A stretch of DNA of 64,000 bases from an uncultured Acidobacteriota bacterium (GTDB taxonomy: Bacteria; Acidobacteriota; Thermoanaerobaculia; UBA5066), in contig CAVZYA010000001.1 of NCBI GenBank assembly GCA_963779415.1, positions 544,001 to 608,000 on the forward strand. The letters run 5' to 3'. Shown here piece after piece: positions 55,240-64,000 of the stretch. Below the pieces are notes generated by a model. It did no database searches and was not told the origin of the DNA. It worked only from the letters and a program-made list of their open reading frames with translations. The translations under genes were made by a program, and so were the position numbers. The stretch's first letter is position 1. The number at the start of each line of letters is the position of its first letter.

Positions 55240-56463
55240 ATGACTGGCAGGAGGTCGCCGATTAGGACACTGCGTTCGATCCCGGGACTTGCGACCGTCG
55301 CCGCGACGGTTCTTCTCCTGACCCCGGCCGCCACCGCCCAGCAGAAGACCTTCAAAGTCGGAATCCCGCTCCCTCTCACCGGAATCGAGGCGAAGTTCGG
55401 CGAGATGGAGAAGCAGGCATACGAGATGGCTGCCGAAGAGATCAACGCGAAGGGCGGGATCAAGGGCGAAAGGCTCGTCCTCGACATCCAGGACTCCGGC
55501 GGCAAGCCGGAGACGGCGAGCGCGATCGTCGAGAAGTTCATCACGATGAACGGGTACCCGATCGTCGTCGGCGAGTACTCGAGCCAGTGCAGTTACGCCG
55601 TGGCCGGCGTCTCCGAGAAGTACAAGGTCCCGTATCTCGTCGTGACGGGGGCGGCCGACAAGATCACGCAGCAGGGCTGGAAGAACGTCTACCGGCTGAA
55701 CCCTCCCGCGAGCCTCTACAACACCGGCGTCTTCAGCTTCTTCGAGCAGGTCGCCAGGCCCAGGACCATCGCCATTCTCTACGAGAACACCGACTTCGGG
55801 AGCAGCACCTCGAACGCGATGAAGGAGTGGTGCGAAGGGCACGGCGTTCGGGTGGTTCTCTCGGAGGGATACCAGTCGGGCGCGGTCGACTTCAAGCCGA
55901 TCCTCCAGAAGGTGAAGTCCCTCCGGCCCGACATTCTCTACATGGTGTCGTACCTGATGGACGCCTCCCTCCTGATGCGGCAGTCGAAGGAGCTCGACAT
56001 CAACCCGCAGGCCTTCATCGGAGGAGGAGCCGGACACACGCTCCCGGAATTCCTCCAGAACGCCGCCGACGCCTCGGAGTACTGCATGTCGGCCACGCTC
56101 TGGACGCCGCAGGTCAAGTATCCGGGCGCGAAGGCATTTTTCGACGGCTTCAGGCAGAAGTTCGGCAAGGAGCCCGACTATCACGGAGTCGAGGCGTACG
56201 CCGCGGCCTACGTCCTGGCCGACGCCCTGAAGCGGGCCAAGACCTGGACCCCGGAGGATCTGCGGGCGGCGCTCGCGGGCACGGAGATGATGACGGCTTT
56301 CGGCCCGGTGAAGTTCGTCTCATGGGACAAGTTCACGAACCAGAACCGGATGGAGACGCTCGTCCTCCAGGTCCTCAAGGGGAGGTTCGAGACGGTCTGG
56401 CCGAAGGAGGGCGCCTCCGCCCCCTATGTCTTCCCGGTCCCGCGCTGGCGGGACCGGAAGTAG
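55240..56463 (+). CDS. LivJ/K-like ABC substrate-binding protein
   Basis: Signal peptide, [19 protein letters not shown]; start uncertain. Confidence 0.9.
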   Translation: MTGRRSPIRTLRSIPGLATVAATVLLLTPAATAQQKTFKVGIPLPLTGIEAKFGEMEKQAYEMAAEEINAKGGIKGERLVLDIQDSGGKPETASAIVEKFITMNGYPIVVGEYSSQCSYAVAGVSEKYKVPYLVVTGAADKITQQGWKNVYRLNPPASLYNTGVFSFFEQVARPRTIAILYENTDFGSSTSNAMKEWCEGHGVRVVLSEGYQSGAVDFKPILQKVKSLRPDILYMVSYLMDASLLMRQSKELDINPQAFIGGGAGHTLPEFLQNAADASEYCMSATLWTPQVKYPGAKAFFDGFRQKFGKEPDYHGVEAYAAAYVLADALKRAKTWTPEDLRAALAGTEMMTAFGPVKFVSWDKFTNQNRMETLVLQVLKGRFETVWPKEGASAPYVFPVPRWRDRK

Positions 56464-56485
56464 GCGGGAAGCGAGAGACGGAGAG

Positions 56486-57409
56486 ATGTCGCCACAGGTC
56501 GCCGGACAGATCGAGCTCCTCGGGCAGGTCCTGATCTCCGGCATCCTTCTCGGGGGGCTCTACGCCCTGATCGGCCTCGGAATGTCGCTGATCATGGGGG
56601 TCATGAAGATCATCAACCTCGCCCACGGCGAGCTGATGATGGTCGCCATGTACATGACGTTCTGGTCCTTCACGCTCCTCCATCTGGACCCGTACGTCTC
56701 GATCCTGATCGTCCTGCCGGCGATGTTCGCCCTCGGCGTCCTCCTCCAGAAGTACCTGATCGCCCCGGTCATGGAGGTCGAGTCGATCCTCCCGGAGAAC
56801 CAGGTTCTGCTGACGGTCGGGATCGGTCTCGTCCTCTCCAACCTCGCCCTCCTCCTCTTCAGCGCGGACTACCGATCGGTTCCGGTCGCATACGCCTCGA
56901 AGGCGCTCTACTGGGACCTCAAGGCCGGCGGACAGACGATCTCCCTCTCGTTCAGCGTCCCGATGATCGGCGCTTTCGCCGTCGCCCTCCTTCTCGGGGC
57001 CGCCCTCTTCCTCTTTCTCGGCAGGACCGAGCTCGGGCGGATGATCCGCGCCACCGCGCAGGACAGGCGCGCGGCCTCGCTGATGGGAATCAACACGAGA
57101 CGGATCACCTACGTGACGTTCGGCATCGGCTCGGCGCTCGTCGGCGCGGCCGGCGCCCTTCTCGCCCCCGTCTATTACCTCTTCCCCCAGATCGGGGGCC
57201 CTTTCACGCTGAAGGCCTTCATCATCACCGTACTGGGGGGGATGGGGAACATCCCGGGGGCGGTCCTCGGCGGCGTCGTTCTCGGCCTCGCCGAGTCTCT
57301 CGGATCCGTCTATATCTCCCTCGGGTACAAGGACGCGTTCGGCTTCATCATCTTCGTCCTCGTCCTCATCTTCCTTCCGAAGGGAATCCTCGGAAGAGGA
57401 AACGCCTGA
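56486..57409 (+). CDS. livH: ABC permease LivH
   Basis: GGLYAL..LG.SLI.G...INLAHG, IRATAQD, VLGGMG. Confidence 0.92.
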   Translation: MSPQVAGQIELLGQVLISGILLGGLYALIGLGMSLIMGVMKIINLAHGELMMVAMYMTFWSFTLLHLDPYVSILIVLPAMFALGVLLQKYLIAPVMEVESILPENQVLLTVGIGLVLSNLALLLFSADYRSVPVAYASKALYWDLKAGGQTISLSFSVPMIGAFAVALLLGAALFLFLGRTELGRMIRATAQDRRAASLMGINTRRITYVTFGIGSALVGAAGALLAPVYYLFPQIGGPFTLKAFIITVLGGMGNIPGAVLGGVVLGLAESLGSVYISLGYKDAFGFIIFVLVLIFLPKGILGRGNA

Positions 57410-57420
57410 GGGGAGCCGCC

Positions 57421-58377
57421 GTGACGAAGACGACTCTCCTCCGGGCCCTCCCCGTCGCCGCGATCGTGCTGATCCCCGTCCTGACCCGGAACCCGTACCT
57501 CCTCCACATGCTCATCCTCGCCCTGATCTGGGTGATCCTCGGGCAGAGCTGGAACCTGCTCGGCGGCTACACGGGACAGGTCTCGTTCGGCCACGCCGCG
57601 TTCTTCGGAATCGGGGCGTACACGACGGGGATCCTCGTGAAATCCGGCCTCTCCCCGGCGGCCGCCTGGTGGGGCCTCCTCTTCGGCGGCCTCGCCGCGA
57701 CGGTCGTGGCGTCGGTCATCGGCTGGATCTGCTTCCGGCTTCGCGGCCCCTACTTCGCGCTTTCCGTCCTCGCCCTTTCGGAGGTGCTGCGCCTCGTGGC
57801 CCTCAACTGGAAGGCGCTGACGAACGGGGCCGAGGGAATCCTCTACATCCCCGCCTTCACCTCGAAGGCCGCCTATTACTACATCGCCCTCGCCATCGCC
57901 GCCGCCTGCTTCCTGGTCATCCGGAGCGTCCTGCGGAGCCGCCTCGGCTATTACTTCCTCGCCATCCGGGAGGATCAGGACTGCGCCGAGTCGCTGGGCA
58001 TCGACACGACACGCTACAAGCTCTACTCGCTCCTCGTGAGCGCCTTCTTCACGGGCGTCGCGGGGAGCTTCTACATGAATTACATGGGGTTCATCGACCC
58101 CTTCATCGTCTTCTCCATCGAGAACATCTCGATCATGGTGATTCTCGTCGTCATGCTCGGAGGGGCCGGGACGATGTGGGGGCCCGCCGTGGGCGCGGTT
58201 CTCTACATACTGATGTTCGAGGTCTTCCGCGTCTTGATGACGCGCGGCCATCTCCTCGTCTTCGGGGTCCTGATCATCCTCATCATCATCCGGTTCCCGA
58301 GCGGGATCGTCGGGACGCTCAACGAGCGGCGGACGCAGCGGAAGGCGCAGGCCATGCCGGCGCCGGAGGGGGCATGA
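57421..58377 (+). CDS. livM: ABC permease LivM
   Basis: WNLLGGYTGQVSFGHAAFFG, LRGPYF, AIRED. Confidence 0.92.
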   Translation: MTKTTLLRALPVAAIVLIPVLTRNPYLLHMLILALIWVILGQSWNLLGGYTGQVSFGHAAFFGIGAYTTGILVKSGLSPAAAWWGLLFGGLAATVVASVIGWICFRLRGPYFALSVLALSEVLRLVALNWKALTNGAEGILYIPAFTSKAAYYYIALAIAAACFLVIRSVLRSRLGYYFLAIREDQDCAESLGIDTTRYKLYSLLVSAFFTGVAGSFYMNYMGFIDPFIVFSIENISIMVILVVMLGGAGTMWGPAVGAVLYILMFEVFRVLMTRGHLLVFGVLIILIIIRFPSGIVGTLNERRTQRKAQAMPAPEGA

Positions 58378-59093
58378 GCCTCCTCGAGCTGGCGGACGTC
58401 ACGAAGCGCTTCGGCGGACTTCAGGCCGTGGGCCATCTCTCGTTCCGGCTGGAGAAGGGGGAGATTCTCGGCCTCATCGGACCCAACGGCGCCGGCAAGA
58501 CGACCGTCTTCAACCTCATCAACGGCTTCACCCCCCTCTCCACGGGCGAGATCCGCCTCAAGGGCGAGAGGATCGACGGCAGGAAGCCGAACCAGGTCTG
58601 CGCCCGCGGCCTCGCGCGGACGTTTCAGGTCGTGAAGCCACTGGCCCGCCTTTCGGTACTCGACAACGTCATGGTCTCCGCATTCCGCCGAACCGCTCAT
58701 CACGACGAGGCGCGCAGCATGGCCCTCGACGCCATCCGCTTCACCGAGATGGAGGCCTGGCGCGACCACCGCGCGGGGAGCCTCCCTCTCGGGATGCGCA
58801 AGCGCCTCGAGATGGCCCGCGCCCTCGCGACGAAGCCCGACCTTCTGCTCCTCGACGAAAACGTCGCCGGGCTGAACCCCTCCGAGGTCGATGCGACGAT
58901 CGCGATCGTCAGGAAGATCCACGGGAGCGGCGTCACCCTCCTCATCATCGAGCACAACATGCGGGTCATCATGTCGATCTCGCACCGCGTCCTCTGCATC
59001 AACTACGGCGAGAAGCTCGCCGAGGGGAAGCCGGAGGACGTCGCCAACGACCCGCGGGTCATCGAGGCGTACCTCGGAGCGGCCCATGCTTAG
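58374..59093 (+). CDS. livG: ABC ATPase LivG
   Basis: KRFGGL, GPNGAGKT, RTFQ, LLLDE, IEH, AYLG. Confidence 0.92.
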   Translation: MSLLELADVTKRFGGLQAVGHLSFRLEKGEILGLIGPNGAGKTTVFNLINGFTPLSTGEIRLKGERIDGRKPNQVCARGLARTFQVVKPLARLSVLDNVMVSAFRRTAHHDEARSMALDAIRFTEMEAWRDHRAGSLPLGMRKRLEMARALATKPDLLLLDENVAGLNPSEVDATIAIVRKIHGSGVTLLIIEHNMRVIMSISHRVLCINYGEKLAEGKPEDVANDPRVIEAYLGAAHA

Positions 59094-59790
59094 TGTCCGC
59101 GGTCTCGACGTCTTCTACGGGGACGTCCAGGTCCTCTGGGACGTCTCATTTGAAGTAAGACAAGGAGAAATCGTGGCCCTCATCGGCTCGAACGGTTCCG
59201 GAAAGACGACGACCCTCTCGACGGTTTCGTCGCTCCTCAAGCCCCGGAAGGGTACCGTCGAGTTCGAGGGCCAGCCGATCCACACACGCTCCGCGCATGA
59301 AATGGTGACTCTCGGGATCGCCCACGTCCCCGAGGCGCGGCGCCTCTTCCCCGAGATGACCGTCAAGGAGAACCTCCTCCTCGGCGCCCTCACGGCGGAT
59401 GCGAAAAAGAGCCGCCCGGAGATGCTCGAGAACGTCTATGCGATCTTTCCGCGCCTCAAGGAGAGGGCGAAGCAGCAGGCGGGGACGCTCTCCGGCGGCG
59501 AGCAGCAGATGGCTGCCATCGGGCGGGGCCTCATGTCGAAGCCGCGCCTCCTGATGCTCGACGAGCCCTCGCTCGGCCTTTCCCCTCTCCTCGTTGCGGA
59601 GATCTTCCGCGTCATCGAGGAGGTCCACTCCCAGGGTGTCACGGTCCTTCTCGTCGAGCAGAACGTCTTCAGGACCCTCTCCGTCGCCGATCGCGCCTAC
59701 GTTCTCGAGAACGGCCGGATCGTCCTCGAGGGGACCGGAAAGGGCCTCCTCGCGGAAGAGCACGTGAAGAAGGCGTACCTCGGAATCTGA
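59086..59790 (+). CDS. livF: ABC ATPase LivF
   Basis: GSNGSGKT, LSGGEQQM, LDEPS.GL, VEQN. Confidence 0.92.
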   Translation: MLSVRGLDVFYGDVQVLWDVSFEVRQGEIVALIGSNGSGKTTTLSTVSSLLKPRKGTVEFEGQPIHTRSAHEMVTLGIAHVPEARRLFPEMTVKENLLLGALTADAKKSRPEMLENVYAIFPRLKERAKQQAGTLSGGEQQMAAIGRGLMSKPRLLMLDEPSLGLSPLLVAEIFRVIEEVHSQGVTVLLVEQNVFRTLSVADRAYVLENGRIVLEGTGKGLLAEEHVKKAYLGI

Positions 59791-59802
59791 AAGGCAGATG
59801 CC

Positions 59803-60465
59803 ATGTTCGTCTCGAAGTGGATGAGCCCCAACGTGATCTCGATGGACAAGAACGAGTCGCTCGGAACGGCAATCCGGCTCATGCGGGAACACCGGATCCG
59901 CCGCCTGCCGATCGTCTCGAAGGGGAAGCTCGTCGGCATCGTCTCCGACCGGGACCTCAAGGGAGCGCTCCCGTCGAACGCGACGTCGCTCGACGTCTGG
60001 GAGCTGCACGGCCTCCTCGACCGGCTGAAGATCTCCGACATCATGACGAAGAACGTCATCACGACGACGCCCGACGCCACGATCGAACGCGTCGCCCTGA
60101 CCATGATGGAAAAGAGGATCGAAGGGATCCCGGTTCTCGGCCCCAAGGGAGACCTCGTCGGGATCGTGACGGAAGGGGACATCTTCCGGGCCCTGGTGGA
60201 GGTCACCGGCGTCCGCCGGAGATCGACCCGCATAAGCCTCACGCTCGAGGACAAGCCCGGGTCGATCATGGGCGTCGCCGACCTCGTGCGGGCCAGGGGA
60301 GGAAGGATCTTCTCCATCCTCACCACGCAAGCCAAGGTCCCGAACGGCAGCCGGGATCTCGTCATGCGGATCGAGATCTCCGATGCGAAAGCCGCCGAGA
60401 TCAGGAAAGAACTGATGGCCCGGTATGGCGAGGTCAGCGTCCTTTCCGACGCCGGGACCTCCTGA
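59803..60465 (+). CDS. acuB: Third AcuB-like CBS-pair + ACT protein
   Basis: IRRLP, VSDRDLK.A.PS.ATSL..WEL, ACT DKPGS. Confidence 0.8.
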   Translation: MFVSKWMSPNVISMDKNESLGTAIRLMREHRIRRLPIVSKGKLVGIVSDRDLKGALPSNATSLDVWELHGLLDRLKISDIMTKNVITTTPDATIERVALTMMEKRIEGIPVLGPKGDLVGIVTEGDIFRALVEVTGVRRRSTRISLTLEDKPGSIMGVADLVRARGGRIFSILTTQAKVPNGSRDLVMRIEISDAKAAEIRKELMARYGEVSVLSDAGTS

Positions 60466-60522
60466 GGCGCTGACGGGCCCACGTCGTCCGTAGGTTCGGG
60501 GAGCGCCGGGCTACACTCGGGC

Positions 60523-61914
60523 GTGCCCCTCGCGATTCGCCTCGCGGCGCACCGGAGCGCAACGCAGGCTTCCTCCCCGAACCCGCGCTGGGCCCTCGCG
60601 GCCGGCTTCGGCGGGCTCCTGGTCCTCATGCTGTTCGCCGGACTGGATGCGGGGCTTCTCGTCCGGAAGACGGAGACCGAGAACGAGAGGATCCGGATCG
60701 AGTTCCTCCAGCGGCTTCAGATCCTCGAGAAGATCCGATCGGACCTCTATCTCTCCGGCACGTTCGCGCGCGACTACCTCCTCGAGCCGGAGGAGGGGAA
60801 AGTGGATTCCCACCGGGCCCTTCTCGAGGCGACCCGAAAGGAGATGGACGAGATCCTCGCCCGCTATGTCGCTCTCCTTCCGCAGGGGGAAGCTCCCGCG
60901 GTCGTCGACCTCCAGCGGGAGCTCTCGGACTACTGGCGGGCCCTCGCTCCGGTCCTCCGCTGGTCCCCCCAGGAGCGCCGCGAGAGGGCCTCTGCGTTCT
61001 TCTCGTCCGAGATCGTGCCGAGGCGGATCGGAATGCTGGGGATCGCCGACCGGATCGCGCGGATGAACCAGGATCAGCTCGCCGCCGGCGAGCGCCGGGT
61101 GGACGCGCTCTTCGCGCGCGTGAAGACCCATCTCACGGTCGCGCTCATTGCCTCGCTCGCCCTCGGGCTCGTCTTCGCCGGGCTCGTCGTCCGACGGATC
61201 CTTCACCTCGAGGAGGTGGCGCGCCGGCGCTACACGGAGCTCGAGGCGGCCCGGAAAGAGCTTCAGGAGCTGTCGGCACGCCTCCGCGACGTGCAGGAGT
61301 CGGAGCGCCGGACGATCTCCCGGGAGCTGCACGACGAGGTGGGACAGGCGCTCACGGCGCTGATCGTCGAGCTGGGAGAGCTCGAGACGGCGGCGTCCGG
61401 CCCCGCCGACACCGGCCTCAGGGCACAGGTGGCGCAGATCCGGAAGCTCGCCGAGGAGACCGTGGGGGTCGTCCGGAACATGGCGCTCCTCCTCAGGCCC
61501 TCGATGCTCGACGACCTTGGACTCGGCCCCGCCCTCAGATGGCAGGCGCGCGAAGTGAGCAAGCGCTCGGGACTGAGGGTGGACGTGGCCGCGAGCGACG
61601 AGCTCGACAGCCTCCCCGACGAGTACAAGACCTGCCTCTACCGCGTCGTGCAGGAGGCGCTCCACAACTCCGTGCGACACGCCCGGGCCACGCACGTCCG
61701 GATCGCGGTTCGGGAGGAGCCGGCCCGGATCCTCCTCACCGTGGAAGACGACGGCCGGGGATTCTCGCCGGAGCAGGGGCGGGGCCTCGGAATCCTCGGC
61801 ATCGAGGAGCGTTTCGCCCACCTCGGCGGAACTTTTCGGATCGACTCCGAGCCGGGGGCGGGGACCGTCCTGAGCGGGAGCCTCCCGCTTCCCCCGCGAG
61901 GCCTCGCCTCATGA
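60523..61914 (+). CDS. Membrane sensor histidine kinase (HisKA_3, NarX/UhpB-like)
   Basis: Two TM segments, ER..ISRELHDEVGQ.L, LRP..LDDLGL, QEAL.N..RHA, DDGRG. Confidence 0.92.
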   Translation: MPLAIRLAAHRSATQASSPNPRWALAAGFGGLLVLMLFAGLDAGLLVRKTETENERIRIEFLQRLQILEKIRSDLYLSGTFARDYLLEPEEGKVDSHRALLEATRKEMDEILARYVALLPQGEAPAVVDLQRELSDYWRALAPVLRWSPQERRERASAFFSSEIVPRRIGMLGIADRIARMNQDQLAAGERRVDALFARVKTHLTVALIASLALGLVFAGLVVRRILHLEEVARRRYTELEAARKELQELSARLRDVQESERRTISRELHDEVGQALTALIVELGELETAASGPADTGLRAQVAQIRKLAEETVGVVRNMALLLRPSMLDDLGLGPALRWQAREVSKRSGLRVDVAASDELDSLPDEYKTCLYRVVQEALHNSVRHARATHVRIAVREEPARILLTVEDDGRGFSPEQGRGLGILGIEERFAHLGGTFRIDSEPGAGTVLSGSLPLPPRGLAS

Positions 61915-62561
61915 GACGGATCCGGATCGTCCTCGCCGACGACCACAACCTGATCCGGAGCGGGCTGAGGCTTCTCCTGGAGCGCCAGGAGGACCTGGAA
62001 GTCGTCGGCGAAGCGGGGGACGGGCGCGCGGCGGTCGAGTGCGTCGAGCGGACCGGGCCGGACGTAGTTGTCCTCGACATCGCGATGCCCCTCTTGAACG
62101 GCATCGAGGCGGCCCGCCAGATCGCGGCCCGCTTCTCCGACGTCAAGATCGTCATCCTGTCGATGCACTCCGACGAGAGCTACGTCATCCGCGCCCTGAA
62201 GGCGGGGGCGCGCGCCTATCTCCTGAAGGACTCGGCCGAGACGGACCTGATCTCCGCCGTCCGGGCGGTCACCGCCGGGCGCGCCTTCTTCAGCCCGACG
62301 GTGAGTAAGGTCCTCGCGGAGGACTACGTCCGCCAGCTTCGGCTGCGCGACGAGGACGACAGCTACGAGCTCCTCACCTCCCGCGAGCGGGAGGTCCTCC
62401 AGCTGCTGGCCGAAGGAAAATCGAACAAGGAGGTCGCCTCCGTCCTCGGGATCAGCCTCTACACCGCGGAGACCCACCGCGGGAACATCATCGCGAAGCT
62501 GAACATCCACTCCGTGCCGGAGCTGATTCTCTACGCCGTGAGGAAGGGGATCATCTCGTGA
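61911..62561 (+). CDS. NarL/LuxR-family response regulator
   Basis: ADDH, LDIAMP, YLLK, LT.REREVL..LAEG.SNKE. Confidence 0.95.
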   Translation: MRRIRIVLADDHNLIRSGLRLLLERQEDLEVVGEAGDGRAAVECVERTGPDVVVLDIAMPLLNGIEAARQIAARFSDVKIVILSMHSDESYVIRALKAGARAYLLKDSAETDLISAVRAVTAGRAFFSPTVSKVLAEDYVRQLRLRDEDDSYELLTSREREVLQLLAEGKSNKEVASVLGISLYTAETHRGNIIAKLNIHSVPELILYAVRKGIIS

Positions 62562-62991
62562 AGGCGCGCGACCGGCACCAGGCGCGCGCACGCCGGAACA
62601 GCCGCACTCCCTCCTCGTCACTCGAGACGTCCGAGAGCACCTCGAATCCTCCGAGGGACGCGAGCTCCTCCCAGAGCGACGCTCCGTCCTGAGGCGCGAG
62701 GAGGACGACGCAGGCGTCCCCGGCAAGGAGCTTCACGGCCCGCTGCCAATCGTCGCCGGCCGTTTCGCGGTCCAGCGCGACGATGGCGCCGCCGGAGGAG
62801 TCGAGGTCCCTGGCCTCGGCGACCGAACCCGCGCCGACGAAGGCGAGCCCGGCACGACCGGCGAGACGGGCGACCCGCTCGCGCCGGGCCGGCGTCGCCG
62901 CGAGGCAGACCAGCCGGCCCGGCTCTCCCGGTGCCGGAGCGGGCCGCCTCCAGCGGAAGACGGAGCCGAAAAGGGAGGGACGCATGCTCAT
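62551..62991 (-). CDS. Small hypothetical protein, possibly a degenerate receiver-like domain
   Basis: ATG overlaps the TolC stop; alpha/beta pattern with LWEELASLGGFEVL; no acidic DD pocket or Lys. Confidence 0.45.
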   Translation of the reverse strand: MSMRPSLFGSVFRWRRPAPAPGEPGRLVCLAATPARRERVARLAGRAGLAFVGAGSVAEARDLDSSGGAIVALDRETAGDDWQRAVKLLAGDACVVLLAPQDGASLWEELASLGGFEVLSDVSSDEEGVRLFRRARAWCRSRAFTR

Positions 62992-64000
62992 TGGAGCGCC
63001 CCGGAGGCGTAGTCGAGGACGGCGCGCCGGGTCAGGTAGTCGTACCGGGCGCGAGCAGCCGAGAGCGAAGCGCCCGTGAGCGCCAGCTCGGCCTGGGAGA
63101 GCTCGACGATCGAGCCGAGCCCGAGGTCGTACCGGCTCTTGGAGAGGTCGAAGGCGCGCTTCGCCTGTTGAACGAGCTCGACCGTCAAGCCGAGCCTCTG
63201 GTACGCCGTCATGGCGTCGAGAAACGCCACCTGGACGTCGCGGGTGATCCTTGTGGCGAGGTCCCGGACGCTCTCGGCGGCCGCCTCTGCCCGCAGCTGG
63301 GCCTCCCGGTGCCGTGCGGAGGTGAGCCCTCCGTTCCAGAGCGGCACCGCGAGGTTCACGCCTCCGGCGGCCCACGAGGGTTTGAGCGCCGGGTTTCCGT
63401 CCCAGACCCGGCCGATCGTGGCGGCAGCGGAGAGAGTCGGGAAGAAGAGGGCGGCCTCTGCCTTCTGGATCTGCCGGGCGGACTCCGCGTCCGACCGCGC
63501 AGCCAGGAGGTCGGGGCGCTGCGCGAGGGCCTGCGTCACGAAGGTCGCTTCCCCCGAAGAGAGCGGCCCGGGGGCGGGGAGATCGACGAGCGCCGCTTCG
63601 GCCACGGAGGGGCTTCCGACGACGTTCGCCAGCTCGGCCCGCGCCGCCGTCACGTCGTTCCGTGCCCCTTCGAGGAGGAGCTTGGCCTCGGTGAGGTTCA
63701 CCTGCGCAAAGCCGACGTCGAGGTCGGACCGCAGCTTGGCATTGGCCAGGGCCCCGATCTGATCGGCCACGAGCTGCCGGGCGGTCACCGTGTCCTCGGC
63801 GACTTTCAGGACCGCCTCGGCCTGGAGGACTCCCGCGTAGGCGCGGCGGACCTCGAGCCGGACCTGCGCCCGAACGTTCTCGGCCCCGTGGCTTCCGGAT
63901 TCCGCCCGGAAGGAGGCGGCGGCTACGAGGTGCGGCGTCCGGCCGAAATCGGTCAGGAGGAGCGTGGCCGCGAGACCGCCCCCGGTGTGGTCGTAGAGGA
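62988..64000 (-). CDS. TolC-family outer membrane efflux protein (5' end beyond the window)
   Basis: RPDL.A, FPTLS, .PLW.GG, RY.LGL.SI.EL.QA; frame continues upstream of the ORF-track start to the edge. Confidence 0.88.
   Translation of the reverse strand, partial: LYDHTGGGLAATLLLTDFGRTPHLVAAASFRAESGSHGAENVRAQVRLEVRRAYAGVLQAEAVLKVAEDTVTARQLVADQIGALANAKLRSDLDVGFAQVNLTEAKLLLEGARNDVTAARAELANVVGSPSVAEAALVDLPAPGPLSSGEATFVTQALAQRPDLLAARSDAESARQIQKAEAALFFPTLSAAATIGRVWDGNPALKPSWAAGGVNLAVPLWNGGLTSARHREAQLRAEAAAESVRDLATRITRDVQVAFLDAMTAYQRLGLTVELVQQAKRAFDLSKSRYDLGLGSIVELSQAELALTGASLSAARARYDYLTRRAVLDYASGALQ

Noticed and set aside
1-64000. CRISPR arrays, tRNA/rRNA, IS elements, prophage or defence systems
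   Set aside because: No spaced direct repeats, transposase/integrase motifs or intergenic room seen by eye; small ncRNAs cannot be excluded without a covariance-model search.

Overview
High-GC bacterial chromosomal window, densely coding, from an anaerobe or facultative anaerobe. The gene set (ImcH/CbcL-like cytochromes, DUF4388 protein, Hmc-like complex) is compatible with Acidobacteriota/Thermoanaerobaculia or a deltaproteobacterium, but this is inference only. I saw no rRNA, tRNA, CRISPR array or transposase. Main content: (i) two Liv-type ABC transporters plus an orphan binding protein; (ii) an acyl-CoA/protein-acetylation hub (ADP-forming acyl-CoA ligase, Pat-type acetyltransferase, acuB-acuC, two more AcuB-like proteins, and an unusual GNAT-like/deacetylase fusion); (iii) a sigma54-driven Hmc-like transmembrane redox operon whose NrfD subunit is fused to a six-heme cytochrome, followed by a PAS kinase and three receiver proteins; (iv) three tandem U32-family Fe-S proteins with complementary Cys-to-Glu/Asp substitutions; (v) a monoheme + split cbcL-like + imcH-like cytochrome operon; (vi) a GAPDH paralogue lacking the catalytic Cys, translationally coupled to a canonical gap; (vii) assorted regulators, menG/ubiE, proC, osmC and a partial TolC. 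About 15 single-base (+1) frameshifts (16.6-20 kb, 26.0 kb, 36.9-37.9 kb) look like sequencing errors. Many genes appear leaderless (TAnnnT 5-10 nt before the start codon). Best candidates for new biology: the U32 triad, the dead-GAPDH/GAPDH pair and the GNAT-deacetylase/AcuB unit.
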